A DNA stretch of 64,000 bases from an uncultured delta proteobacterium (GTDB taxonomy: Bacteria; Desulfobacterota; WTBG01; CAIYCZ01; CAIRTM01): contig CAWDSQ010000007.1 in the NCBI GenBank assembly GCA_963804955.1, positions 448,001-512,000 of the forward strand, given 5' to 3'. The translations under genes were made by a program, and so were the position numbers. Below, in pieces: positions 1 through 10,499 of this stretch; position 1 is the stretch's first letter; each line of letters starts with the position of its first letter. The notes beneath the pieces are model-generated. The model was given only the letters and a program-made list of their open reading frames with translations. It was not told the DNA's origin and made no database searches.

Positions 1-14
1 AAACAGACCCCTAT

Positions 15-88
15 CCGTTCGCCCTGAGCCTGTCGAAGGATCGAAGGGTGACTTTCCGTTCATGGTTCGACTCGCTCACCACGAACGG
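15..88. repeat. Palindromic REP/MITE-cargo element, inverted copy of 1454-1549
   Basis: Reverse complement matches 1454-1549 (CCGTTCGTGGTGAGC..GTCGAACCATGAACGGAAAGTC.CCCTTCGATCCTTCGACAGGCTCAGG..GGCGAACGG) apart from two short insertions. Confidence 0.85.
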
Positions 89-274
89 TCTTGCCATACA
101 ATAGAATGCGGCTACAAAACAAAGAAAAATGCTCTAGCGCACATTCAGCATAAATTTCCCCTGGCAATATGGCATTGTCCGATAACGTGCTGCTCACCGC
201 CTACAGGGCGGGGGACATACCGGCAGTTAAAATTGATTTTTTGCTGCCTGCCCCCATACTTCTCCTTGCTGCAC

Positions 275-302
275 TTGACAATAAAGCCGAATGGTATATA
301 AA
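275..302 (+). promoter_or_regulatory. Putative sigma70 promoter
   Basis: TTGACA (275-280), 16-bp spacer, TATAAA (297-302). Confidence 0.5.
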
Positions 303-307
303 ATTTT

Positions 308-471
308 AGAGCGTCCTATGGCTTTTGGCCGATTCGGCGTTGCCAATGACCTGATCGGGAAAGCCCTCAGGTTCATGACTCTCACGGAACCAGACCGGCA
401 AAGCCTGCTGTTATCAGTCGGGTCTGGTCTATAAAGAAAGGGGCTTCACAAAAAGCCCTGAATGTTTTTTT
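308..471 (+). ncRNA. Candidate structured small RNA or leader upstream of mglA
   Basis: Starts right after the promoter. Hairpins ATGACCTGA..TCAGGTTCAT and ACCAGACCGG..TCGGGTCTGGT, then GGGCTT-CACAA-AAGCCC and a T-run. No known family recognised. Confidence 0.35.
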
Positions 472-622
472 AGAAAGTGTATACTGCTGAGCGTAATTTC
501 AGATCGGTGGATATGACAGCCGACAACCGTCCGCGGTGTTTGAGTTGCCTTCTTCAGGAACCAGCAGCATAGATGGTTTCCTGAAGACAATAAAAAATCT
601 TTATTAAGAGCGTGAAGAACCC

Positions 623-1222
623 ATGGCAATGTTTAATTTAGCAAAACGGGAGATTGATTTAAAGATTGTGTATTGTGGTCCGGGGTTATGCGGCAAGACA
701 ACAAATCTGCAGCGCATTCATAAGATGCTGGGCCCTCAGCAATGCGGAGAACTTGTGTCGCTGGCCACGAAAGATGACCGGACGCTGTTTTTCGATTTTC
801 TCTCGATTGAGCGCTATATCAGCGGTTTTAAGACCCACTTCCATCTCTATACCGTGCCGGGGCAGGTGCAGTATGCTCTCACCCGGCGCGCCGTGCTGAT
901 GGGCGTCGACGGGGTCGTATTTGTCGTTGATTCGCAAACCAGCAAGCTTCAGGAAAATATTGAAAGCCTGCAGGATCTCGGGGAGCATCTGCGTTTTTAC
1001 AAAAAGGATCTCAAAACATTCCCCTTCGTGCTGCAGTATAATAAACGCGACCTGCCCGATATCATGCCTGTCGATGAACTCAATGCCAGGTTCAACAGCC
1101 TGAATATTCCGGCTTTTGAATCAAGTGCGATAACCGGGATGGGGGTGGCGGCAACATTGAATGCAATATGTAAAACAGTGCAGAAGCATATGGAAAGCGA
1201 TGCTGCAAAGAAAAAACGGTGA
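623..1222 (+). CDS. mglA: MglA-family small Ras-like GTPase
   Basis: KIVYCGPGLCGKTTNL (G1), RTLFFDF, YTVPGQ, GVVFVVDSQ, QYNKRD (G4). Confidence 0.9.
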   Translation: MAMFNLAKREIDLKIVYCGPGLCGKTTNLQRIHKMLGPQQCGELVSLATKDDRTLFFDFLSIERYISGFKTHFHLYTVPGQVQYALTRRAVLMGVDGVVFVVDSQTSKLQENIESLQDLGEHLRFYKKDLKTFPFVLQYNKRDLPDIMPVDELNARFNSLNIPAFESSAITGMGVAATLNAICKTVQKHMESDAAKKKR

Positions 1223-1389
1223 TTCACCTGCGGAAACCATTGAAGAAGCAGTTGGCCCGGCAGTAACTACTCTGCACAAAACATGCACAGCACTGCCTGT
1301 ATGCTGCACAAAGCCCCATCAATTCGAACCTGTTTGAGCACAAAGGACCTATTGTTGAACAACCCGCCTGTTTTGCAAATCACTGCAGC

Positions 1390-1601
1390 TAGAGCAATTT
1401 AAGGCTGTGATGACAAGTAGAGCCTTTTCGTTATTTTGTAGCTGAGCTCATTCCCGTTCGTGGTGAGCCCTGAGCTTGACGAAGGGTCGAACCATGAACG
1501 GAAAGTCGCCCTTCGATCCTTCGACAGGCTCAGGATGCAAGGCGAACGGGATCGGGTTCGCTAAAGGCGCAGCAAGGCCACCTCAAACTTAAATTGCTCT
1601 A
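1390..1601. mobile_element. MITE-like element with perfect 14-bp terminal inverted repeats
   Basis: TAGAGCAATTTAAG (1390-1403) and CTTAAATTGCTCTA (1588-1601); non-coding, carries the palindromic cargo at 1454-1549. Confidence 0.7.
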
Positions 1602-1759
1602 AAGCAATTCAACTCATGCAACAGCGGCTTTGTTCCCCGGCAAAAATGCACCGAATTTTCAAAAAATACAGCCGCTGCCTTTTCTTTTATTACAGGCTCT
1701 CAGAATTCCGTATTCTTACGTCAAACGTTACGTCAAACGCAGACGTGACCCTTATGTTC

Positions 1760-2302
1760 CTAGAAACGCCAGTTAACAATAACCATTCCGGGGGCCAACT
1801 CGTCAGGAAATCCGGTGAACCATCGATTTTGGGGAAGAAGATTTAAGATTCCGATTTGAACCCCGGTTGTCGCCGTAGCGGCATAATTGACAATGCCCAG
1901 CTGAACACCGGTCAGATGGCCTGCATAGTTTACAACACCGGTCTGAAGACCTTTCACAGAGCCTTCCGTATAGTCAACGATGCCGGCTTGCCATCCAAGG
2001 AAGCTTGCTTTCGTGTAATTGACGAGTGATACCTGCACCCCCTTATAGCGGTCTGCATAATTAAGCAGCAAGCCCACGCTAAAGCCGGCGCTCCTGCCCG
2101 TAGATCCGTTGACAATCCCCAGGGCCAGCGATGTCTGCGGATTTTCGCCCCATATACTGAGTGTCAATCCTTCAATCCTTGTACTTCTGTTGAAAATGGC
2201 AATATCCGGAGTAAGACTAAGCTGTATGGGTTTAGATCCAGCCATTGCTTCGCTGGCAACCATGATAATCATCAGACATACCAATAAAAATATCTTTTTC
2301 AT
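1760..2302 (-). CDS. Secreted LA_2272-type repeat surface/outer-membrane protein
   Basis: Signal peptide MKKIFLLVCLMII with AGGAGG RBS; repeated GxQxGxVNY units; C-terminal VNWRF. Confidence 0.75.
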   Translation of the reverse strand: MKKIFLLVCLMIIMVASEAMAGSKPIQLSLTPDIAIFNRSTRIEGLTLSIWGENPQTSLALGIVNGSTGRSAGFSVGLLLNYADRYKGVQVSLVNYTKASFLGWQAGIVDYTEGSVKGLQTGVVNYAGHLTGVQLGIVNYAATATTGVQIGILNLLPQNRWFTGFPDELAPGMVIVNWRF

Positions 2303-2444
2303 TTTTTGCCTCCTGCTATTTTTGATTTGGGATACAGCTTGTACCCTGATAACCATACAATTCTTAAATTTTTTTTAAGAATTGCCGTTCTACTTCTGAA
2401 AAAAAACGTGATTTGGAATATGGAGTATACTGCGATAGGTATAA

Positions 2445-2473
2445 AATATAGAACTTGGAAAATGATGTGTCAA
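2445..2473 (-). promoter_or_regulatory. Putative sigma70 promoter of the 1760-2302 gene
   Basis: TTGACA-17bp-TATATT on the minus strand. Confidence 0.5.
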
Positions 2474-2539
2474 TAGCTATGGGCAAGGTTTCAGGATAGG
2501 AGTTGTTGGTTTATGCAGGAAGGCCCCATGCCCCTTCTA

Positions 2540-2660
2540 AGAGCGTGTACGAAAAGCCAAAGCCCCTGCCTTTGGGTTGTCATTCCGGGCACAGCGAAGA
2601 ATCTCGTAGTTTTAATGAATTCGTTCAGGATGACATTACATGACTTTTCATGTACGCTCT
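2540..2660. mobile_element. MITE-like element, copy 1
   Basis: Ends AGAGCGTGTACGAAAAG and CTTTTCATGTACGCTCT; internal GTCAT..GCGAAGAATCTC..GGATGAC; related copy at 35970-36102. Confidence 0.8.
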
Positions 2661-2711
2661 CCATCAAACGCAGTCCTCAATTTTCCCCTCTACAAACTCT
2701 TTACAAGGGCG

Positions 2712-3986
2712 TTATTGTGTACTTTTACCGGCTGCCGCAAGCTCTGCATCCAGAAGCTGCTTTATTTTTTTCAGCCGCTCGATCTGAGACTGAACGCTGT
2801 CGGGGTCGGCATCGCGAATCTCCTGCTCCACGTCCAGAATGTCACGCTCCTTTTTAAGCCGCGCAAGGCGCAGCTCCAGCTCTTTGGCATGCAAGTCTTC
2901 GAGCTGCTTTGCCGCATCTGCGGACATATCTCCTGCAGCTTGAGAAATGTTCTCCGCAGCACTGGCGCCGTTGGACACATATTTTTTAAGGGAGCCTTCC
3001 CCGTCATACAGCTCAAGGCCGCAGGCTGTAGTTGAAAACATCTTGCCCTTGACCGGCACATAGGCAACGCCGCCTGCCTGAACAAAGGAGAGATAATCGC
3101 TGTAGAGCACCCGATGGGTCTGCTGCTCGAAATTATCGCAGGTAACAGTGACGGCCACGGTCCGGCTGATCCGGTACGGAATGCCGCGCAGCTCTGTAAC
3201 GGGCTCGGAGCCGAGCTGCACATCGGCAGCTGTAATTTTTGATAAAGCCCCGAGATCGCTGTCGCAGGACAACTGAATTTTTACCGCATCGGGTGTGGTC
3301 GCATCCGGTAAAAGCTGTTTTATTTCATCTGTATCAGAGTAGTCCGCTACATACACAGCATCCTTTTTTACAAAATCAAGTGTTGCCGGATCAATCAGCC
3401 GCACCACCTCGATATCACGTATTTTTTTCAGTTCCGTCACTGTTTCCCCGGCAACGGCGGCAATCTTTGCCAGCTGCAGCGCGGTCTGCCCGAGATGCGC
3501 CGCCACATCGGCGGTTGTATCATCGGCGCTGTGATTGATGGCTTTCAGGCGTCCATCGGCAGTGTTTTCAACCGTCAGTTTCGTATCATGGAAAAATCCG
3601 TCCAGGGACTGCGTATCAAGCAGAAAGCCCATGCGGCTGTCCGGTATGGTTTTGAGCCTGACCCTGACCGGCTCCACAACAGCTGCATGCTGCGAAACCG
3701 CGGGCTGCAGGGCTTTGCCGCCTGCATCTTTCTTTATGGCTTTGCCCTGCCCGTCCGCCTGCCAGACCCGCTTCTCGAATTCCGTATAGGTAAGAGTTAC
3801 TTCAAGCAGATTTTTGGGCAGGTAAAACACAATGCCCCGGTGCAAAGCAGCACCGCCGGCAGCATCGACCGTGAAGGGAACAACTCTCGCCGAGGGAGCG
3901 CAGCCCGGGCCGCTGCTGCACAGCAGTGCAAGCAGGCTCAGTGTAAAAACCGCTGCGGGGGTCTGACGGATTGGTTTCATACGCAC
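2712..3986 (-). CDS. Exported or lipoprotein of unknown function (DUF4831-like N-terminal part, C-terminal coiled coil)
   Basis: 424-aa ORF with hydrophobic leader and Cys; IVFYLPKNLLEVTLT motif; heptad-rich C-terminus. Confidence 0.6.
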   Translation of the reverse strand: MRMKPIRQTPAAVFTLSLLALLCSSGPGCAPSARVVPFTVDAAGGAALHRGIVFYLPKNLLEVTLTYTEFEKRVWQADGQGKAIKKDAGGKALQPAVSQHAAVVEPVRVRLKTIPDSRMGFLLDTQSLDGFFHDTKLTVENTADGRLKAINHSADDTTADVAAHLGQTALQLAKIAAVAGETVTELKKIRDIEVVRLIDPATLDFVKKDAVYVADYSDTDEIKQLLPDATTPDAVKIQLSCDSDLGALSKITAADVQLGSEPVTELRGIPYRISRTVAVTVTCDNFEQQTHRVLYSDYLSFVQAGGVAYVPVKGKMFSTTACGLELYDGEGSLKKYVSNGASAAENISQAAGDMSADAAKQLEDLHAKELELRLARLKKERDILDVEQEIRDADPDSVQSQIERLKKIKQLLDAELAAAGKSTQ

Positions 3987-3996
3987 AAGCTACGCC

Positions 3997-4597
3997 TCAC
4001 ATATAGATTAGTTTTACCGGCGGTTTTTTCAGCAGCCGCGCAGCCTGCGCAGGGTCATTGGTTATGGATAGTTCGGGTCTGCTTGCATCTATAAACCAGA
4101 CTCTGTTTTTGCCCTGGTCATCCTGATCAATAAAAAGATTTACGGCATGGTTCTGGCTGATAACGATAGCAACTGCCGGTGGCACAGGCGCAGCCGTACC
4201 GGTAAAACAGCTCCGGCGATACAGGGCGTTTGCCTCAGCTTTTAAGCTGCATGGCGGAATCATCGCAATCGGTAATCTGTGTTTTTGCGGCGGCGGGGTT
4301 CGCCAGCAGCAGGTTGCACCTGGCAAGGGTAAGGATTTCCTCTTTCGATACGGGGCTGTACCAGTCATCAACAAGCATGACTTTTATTTTTAAGTCGGCC
4401 ATGGTGGCGATTTCACATGCGCCGAGAGAGGAAAAAAATTCCAGAAGGCTCTGCCTGATTGCATCGGGTGAAAGAGTGACCATGGGGAATCCTTTCATAT
4501 CATCAAGGGCGTTAAGGAAAGCAGAGTACAGCGCCACACAATAAGGAAGCCGGTTACAATCCTCCTCAATCCCCACTAATCCCCTGTAATCCTCCAT
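3997..4597 (-). CDS. Papain/transglutaminase-like protein (agglutinin C-terminal/MOA-related), one frameshift near 4240
   Basis: Joined frames read TDCDDSAMQLK-AEANALYR..AVAIVISQNHAVNLFID..VWFIDAS, giving a Cys-His-Asp order; start codon uncertain. Confidence 0.55.
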
Positions 4598-4764
4598 AAA
4601 AAAGGGAGGAGCAAAAAAGATCCGGGACTGTGGACCTCCACCCTTTTTTAAAGGAGAGTCAGCAGGGGTTTTTATCTATAACCGCCCCTTATTGTGTGGC
4701 GTGTACGCTGCTAGAGTTTAAGCGCATTTTTAAACTCTTATATCAACAAATCGCATCATCCGCC

Positions 4765-4809
4765 ATGAGTACAAATACTCAATTTAGTATGAGTATTTAT
4801 ACTCATACG
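4765..4809. promoter_or_regulatory. Operator array ATGAGTA-N4-TACTCAW x2, copy 1
   Basis: ATGAGTAcaaaTACTCAAtttagtATGAGTAtttaTACTCATacg; near-identical copy at 6438-6482. Confidence 0.7.
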
Positions 4810-4863
4810 CCGTTTGGCGTATTACGGGACTTGAAGTTTGACCTCTTCTGAAAATCTTGATTC

Positions 4864-4908
4864 ATGCATAAAAAAACCGGCCCCTTTACAGGACCGGCTT
4901 TTTTGCAT
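4864..4908. terminator. Rho-independent terminator (possibly bidirectional)
   Basis: A-run, CCGG.CC stem, T-run; downstream of the 4981-5776 gene. Confidence 0.6.
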
Positions 4909-4980
4909 AATCAACTTTTTCAAGACCTTCTACGGCGTACAAACCTCCTCGCAAGCAGGCTGCCCGCAGCCGCCGGGCGT

Positions 4981-5776
4981 CTAAAACATTTTAACGGGAA
5001 GTTCCCCCGTGCAGTCGCCTACAGTCACCTCATAGATATCGCCGGCTTTTTGATTCTGACCGTTTACCAGCACCAGCGCGATGATGATTCTTTTTCCCAA
5101 AGCTGCCTGCAGCATAGTTTCAACGCTGTAGGTTCCCCAGTCAATTGTGGTTGCCATGTGAAAAAGATGCGTTCTCATCACCGCGGATGATAAAAGCCTG
5201 CAGCTGCATGACGGTATTGACCACCTTGCTGAGCCTGCGTGGAAAAAATTCTACTCTGCAGGTTTCTGCCGATATGGTTGTAGTGGTGGTTGCCAGTTTT
5301 CACAATGCTGTCTGAGAACGTTGTGCGTTTTATCGGAGAGCAGGAGTAAATTTCAAATGAACCTGAAAGCTGATTGCAACGGCCCGTCCGCAACCATAGA
5401 TGGAAAGCCCTGATTGTTGTTAAAGGGCCAGCGGGAAGCGTTGCTATAAACTCCGGGCCAAGCATTTCAACTCCTGGAGCATCAAATTCTATCCGCCACC
5501 ACTCGGATGACCATCGAAAGTTCAAACACAAACCCACATCCAGTTATATCAGAGTTGGAATTAAGCCTCACTGATCGGTGTAAAGGTCGAATCGCTCAGA
5601 TTATAGAATTTTGTTTCTCCCCCTCCGATATAATCGCCAGGATCGCTCGTGAAATAATAAAGCGTCCCCGCAGCAGCCTCCCCCGCCAGCAAATAAAAAA
5701 CAATCTGAAACAAAATAATGCATTTCACTATCGGCCAGCAAGAATATTGATGATGTCTCTTTAGCATCATACGCAC
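4981..5776 (-). pseudogene. Secreted protein broken by several frameshifts (decay or sequencing error)
   Basis: Signal peptide, then YYFTSDPGDYIGGG, WWRIEFDAPG, YSNASRWPF, CNQLSGSFEI and QHCE in successive frames; ends YEVTVGDCTGELPVKMF. Confidence 0.6.
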
Positions 5777-5826
5777 TCCTTTTTTATTTACCAGTTTATA
5801 AATACTCGCTATGGGATGTGCCGCAC

Positions 5827-6005
5827 GCAGGTTGTGTTGAACAGCGTGAAACCCAACACAGCAGCATCAAATATTGTACCCGGTTCGCAGGTTGCGGTTG
5901 AGCGGAGCGAAACCCAACTCCCCCCGTGCATAGCATCGAGTTTTATATCCAGCACCGCCAGTTTTTCGAATCAGTCGTTGTCTGGTTTCGTTCCTCAACC
6001 CGACC
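5827..6005. repeat. Cluster of REP-like palindromes (GCAGGTTGGGTTGA..GAAACCCAAC family)
   Basis: Two direct copies (5827-5857, 5887-5918) and one inverted copy (about 5984-6005); relatives at 6795-6847 and 59296-59348. Confidence 0.7.
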
Positions 6006-6031
6006 CGGCTAGACACGAAAATGAACCCGTA

Positions 6032-6066
6032 TAAAAAAGCCCCTCCTGATTTTGAAAGGAGAGGCC
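6032..6066 (-). terminator. Terminator of the riboswitch expression platform
   Basis: Minus strand GCCTCTCCT-TTCAAAATC-AGGAGGGC-TTTTTT. Confidence 0.75.
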
Positions 6067-6089
6067 TGCCGTAAGCCAAAAACTTTCAT

Positions 6090-6174
6090 AACCGGCAGCA
6101 CCGCTGTCCTTCAAAATCAAGAATCGGTTGCTTTGCGTACTGCCCCCTTACGGAGCAGCTTGCCCTTTTCGGTT
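6090..6174 (-). ncRNA. c-di-GMP-I (GEMM-I) riboswitch aptamer
   Basis: Minus strand AAAAGGGCAAG-CTGCTCC-GTAA-GGGGGCAG-TACGCAAAGC-AACCG..GACAGCGGT-GCTGCCGG fits the GEMM consensus (GNRA loop, ACGCAAAGC core). Confidence 0.85.
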
Positions 6175-6437
6175 CGAACGTATGTGCAATAACTTTACTG
6201 TTTTTTATTTATTACCATTAATAATTAAAGCTTGCAAACCTCAGCATATGCCAATTTTTTTACGACCTTCTGCGGGCTTTGCCCGATGGCCGCGTACAGG
6301 GCTGCTCATTGTCTGACTGTCCACAGTGTACTGTTTTTTATAGCCTCGTTGAAGCAGGCTTCTCAGCATGCACCCATTGGAAATTAAAAAGCTCTAAAAC
6401 CATAAATAAATAATAACAAATTTTTAAATAAATAGCT

Positions 6438-6482
6438 ATGAGTACAAATACTCAATTTGCTATGAGTATAAATACTCATACG
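6438..6482. promoter_or_regulatory. Operator array ATGAGTA-N4-TACTCAW x2, copy 2
   Basis: ATGAGTAcaaaTACTCAAtttgctATGAGTAtaaaTACTCATacg. Confidence 0.7.
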
Positions 6483-6794
6483 TTCCGGCACTGCCCACCT
6501 TCTAAAAACCACTTCGGGCCTGGTGTCTGCATTCAATTTGTGGCTGAAAGCAGACCCCAAACCATACATGTGTTGGGCTCTCCCTTATGTGTTGACTTTT
6601 CGTAACTGTACTGTGCAACATAAAAAAGCCTTCAAAAACAAAAATTGCTGTCCGACCACGGAGGATATAAGACCAGCAGAAATTCATCAAAAAGCCGCAA
6701 AAAAGGACTCCGGTCAAGCCGGAGTGACGGATATTTTATCCAGCGCATCAAAAAAAATTAAAGTTGCACAGTTCAGGTAAGCATTTGTTGTGTG

Positions 6795-6847
6795 GTTGGG
6801 TTGAAGTACGAAACCCAGCGGTTTCATTCGGGTTTAACCCAACCTGC
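6795..6847. repeat. REP-like palindrome pair
   Basis: GTTGGGTTGAAGTACGAAACCCAGC..TTAACCCAACCTGC; similar to 59296-59348. Confidence 0.65.
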
Positions 6848-6941
6848 AAAAAAATGACTTTCCGTTTGGGCGCCCATTAATGCCTGAAAAGAGCCTGCGC
6901 TGACCGGGCACAAAAAAAATGCAAGTATTTTAAATAACTTG

Positions 6942-6970
6942 TTGACTTCTTTCCCGGTTTCAAGTATATA
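6942..6970 (+). promoter_or_regulatory. Putative sigma70 promoter of fusA
   Basis: TTGACT-17bp-TATATA; GGGAGG RBS at about 7003. Confidence 0.5.
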
Positions 6971-7018
6971 TTACGCCTTTTTTCGTAAGACTTTTTTTGA
7001 TAGGGAGGTACTTTTTTC

Positions 7019-9108
<2,090 letters not shown>

Positions 9109-9124
9109 CAAGGAGCATACCTCT

Positions 9125-10414
9125 ATGATTCGTCAAGAACTCACCGCGCGCAATCCGCTGCGCATACTCGAAAAATTTATTTCCGGAGGCCTGCGGACAG
9201 GCGGTCTGGGCCTCGTGATCGCCCCTGCGGGCGTGGGAAAAACAGCCTTCCTGGTGCAGATCGGCCTTGACGCCATTATGCGCGAAAAAAATGTCCTGCA
9301 CATAGCCCTGGGGCAGAACACTGACCATGTCCAGGCGTGGTACGACGCCCTTTTTGACGACATGGCCGGCGGCCGCCACACCGACGAGATCGATGACCTC
9401 CGCAACTCGTCAACGCGGTACCGGGTTCTGCAGACCTATGCCGATACGGCATTTTCTCCGCAGCGGCTCGAGCAGACCGTGGCCCTTTTTCACGACCACA
9501 TCAACTTCAAGCCAGACGTCATCGTGATCGACGGCTTTGACTGGGCATGCGCAGCGCCCGTGCAAATCGCAGCGGCCCTCGGCGCCTTCAGGTCATGCGC
9601 CCACCGACTCGGCGCCCAGCTCTGGATGAGCGCCCAGACGCACAAAACGTTTGCCAAGGCGCACCCCACGGCGATCACCCCGCCCTGCGACGCCTTTGAA
9701 GAGCTGATCGATGTGGCCATCTATCTTGAGCCGGCCGGCAGCAGCGTCTGCGTGCGCATACTCAAGAGCAATGGCTATACCAATATCCCCGACCCGCAGC
9801 TGCTTATTCACTGCGACACGCTGAGCCTTGCGGCTGCAGATGCCGAGCGGCCGCTCAATCTCCCCTCCGGGGCTCACACCCTGCTGTCGGGAGGCGCGCA
9901 GGGCGCTGAAGCCATGTTCGGCCAGTGCGCCGAGCAGTGGGGCCTGCAGGAAATCAACTTTTCCTTCGACGGCCATGAGCCGGCGCGCACCAGGAACCTC
10001 GTCAAGCTCTCCGGCAGCGAGCTTGCCCAGGGTGAGGTCAGCGATGCCTATCTCAGCGCGCAAATGCACCGCAGCTATCCCAGCACGCCGCTGTTCCGCA
10101 AGGTGCTCCAGTCCATCTGGCACCAGGTGAGCACCGCCGGGGAAGTTTTTGTTATTGGCACCATCATGCCCGATACAACCGTGCGCGGCGGCACCGGCTG
10201 GGCAGCCGAGCTTGCCAAGCACTGGCGCAAACCCGTGCTTGTGTTCGATCAGGAAAAAGACAGCTGGTTTACCTGGCGTGACGGAGTATGGGCTGAGGAA
10301 GCCCAACCCGTAATATCCCGCACACGATTCACCGGCACCGGCACGCGGTTTCTGAACGATCAGGGCCGTGCAGCCATTACAGCGCTGTTTGAACGGTCGT
10401 TCGGCGCAAAATAA
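9125..10414 (+). CDS. RecA/KaiC-like ATPase fused to a SLOG-like domain
   Basis: Walker A APAGVGKT, Walker B VIVIDG; C-terminal half has LLSGGAQGAE and VRGGTGWA..KPVLVFDQ; AAGGAG RBS in the 16-bp gap after fusA. Confidence 0.7.
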   Translation: MIRQELTARNPLRILEKFISGGLRTGGLGLVIAPAGVGKTAFLVQIGLDAIMREKNVLHIALGQNTDHVQAWYDALFDDMAGGRHTDEIDDLRNSSTRYRVLQTYADTAFSPQRLEQTVALFHDHINFKPDVIVIDGFDWACAAPVQIAAALGAFRSCAHRLGAQLWMSAQTHKTFAKAHPTAITPPCDAFEELIDVAIYLEPAGSSVCVRILKSNGYTNIPDPQLLIHCDTLSLAAADAERPLNLPSGAHTLLSGGAQGAEAMFGQCAEQWGLQEINFSFDGHEPARTRNLVKLSGSELAQGEVSDAYLSAQMHRSYPSTPLFRKVLQSIWHQVSTAGEVFVIGTIMPDTTVRGGTGWAAELAKHWRKPVLVFDQEKDSWFTWRDGVWAEEAQPVISRTRFTGTGTRFLNDQGRAAITALFERSFGAK

Positions 10415-10436
10415 AACAGCTTGGACCCTTGCACAT

Positions 10437-10480
10437 AAAACAGCGGGCCCCGGAGTTTTCCGGAGCCCGCTGCTGTTTTC
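10437..10480. terminator. Bidirectional terminator between convergent genes
   Basis: CAGCGGGC.CCGGA-GTTT-TCCGG.GCCCGCTG with A/T flanks. Confidence 0.7.
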
Positions 10481-10499
10481 AGCTTTTTGCAAGCAGGCG

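Noticed and set aside
1716..1739. 12-bp tandem duplication TTACGTCAAACG x2
   Set aside because: Only two units, intergenic, with no evidence of function.
4930..5000. PEP-CTERM sorting signal on the riboswitch-controlled protein
   Set aside because: No VPEP plus transmembrane plus basic tail was found; the gene ends ELPVKMF*.
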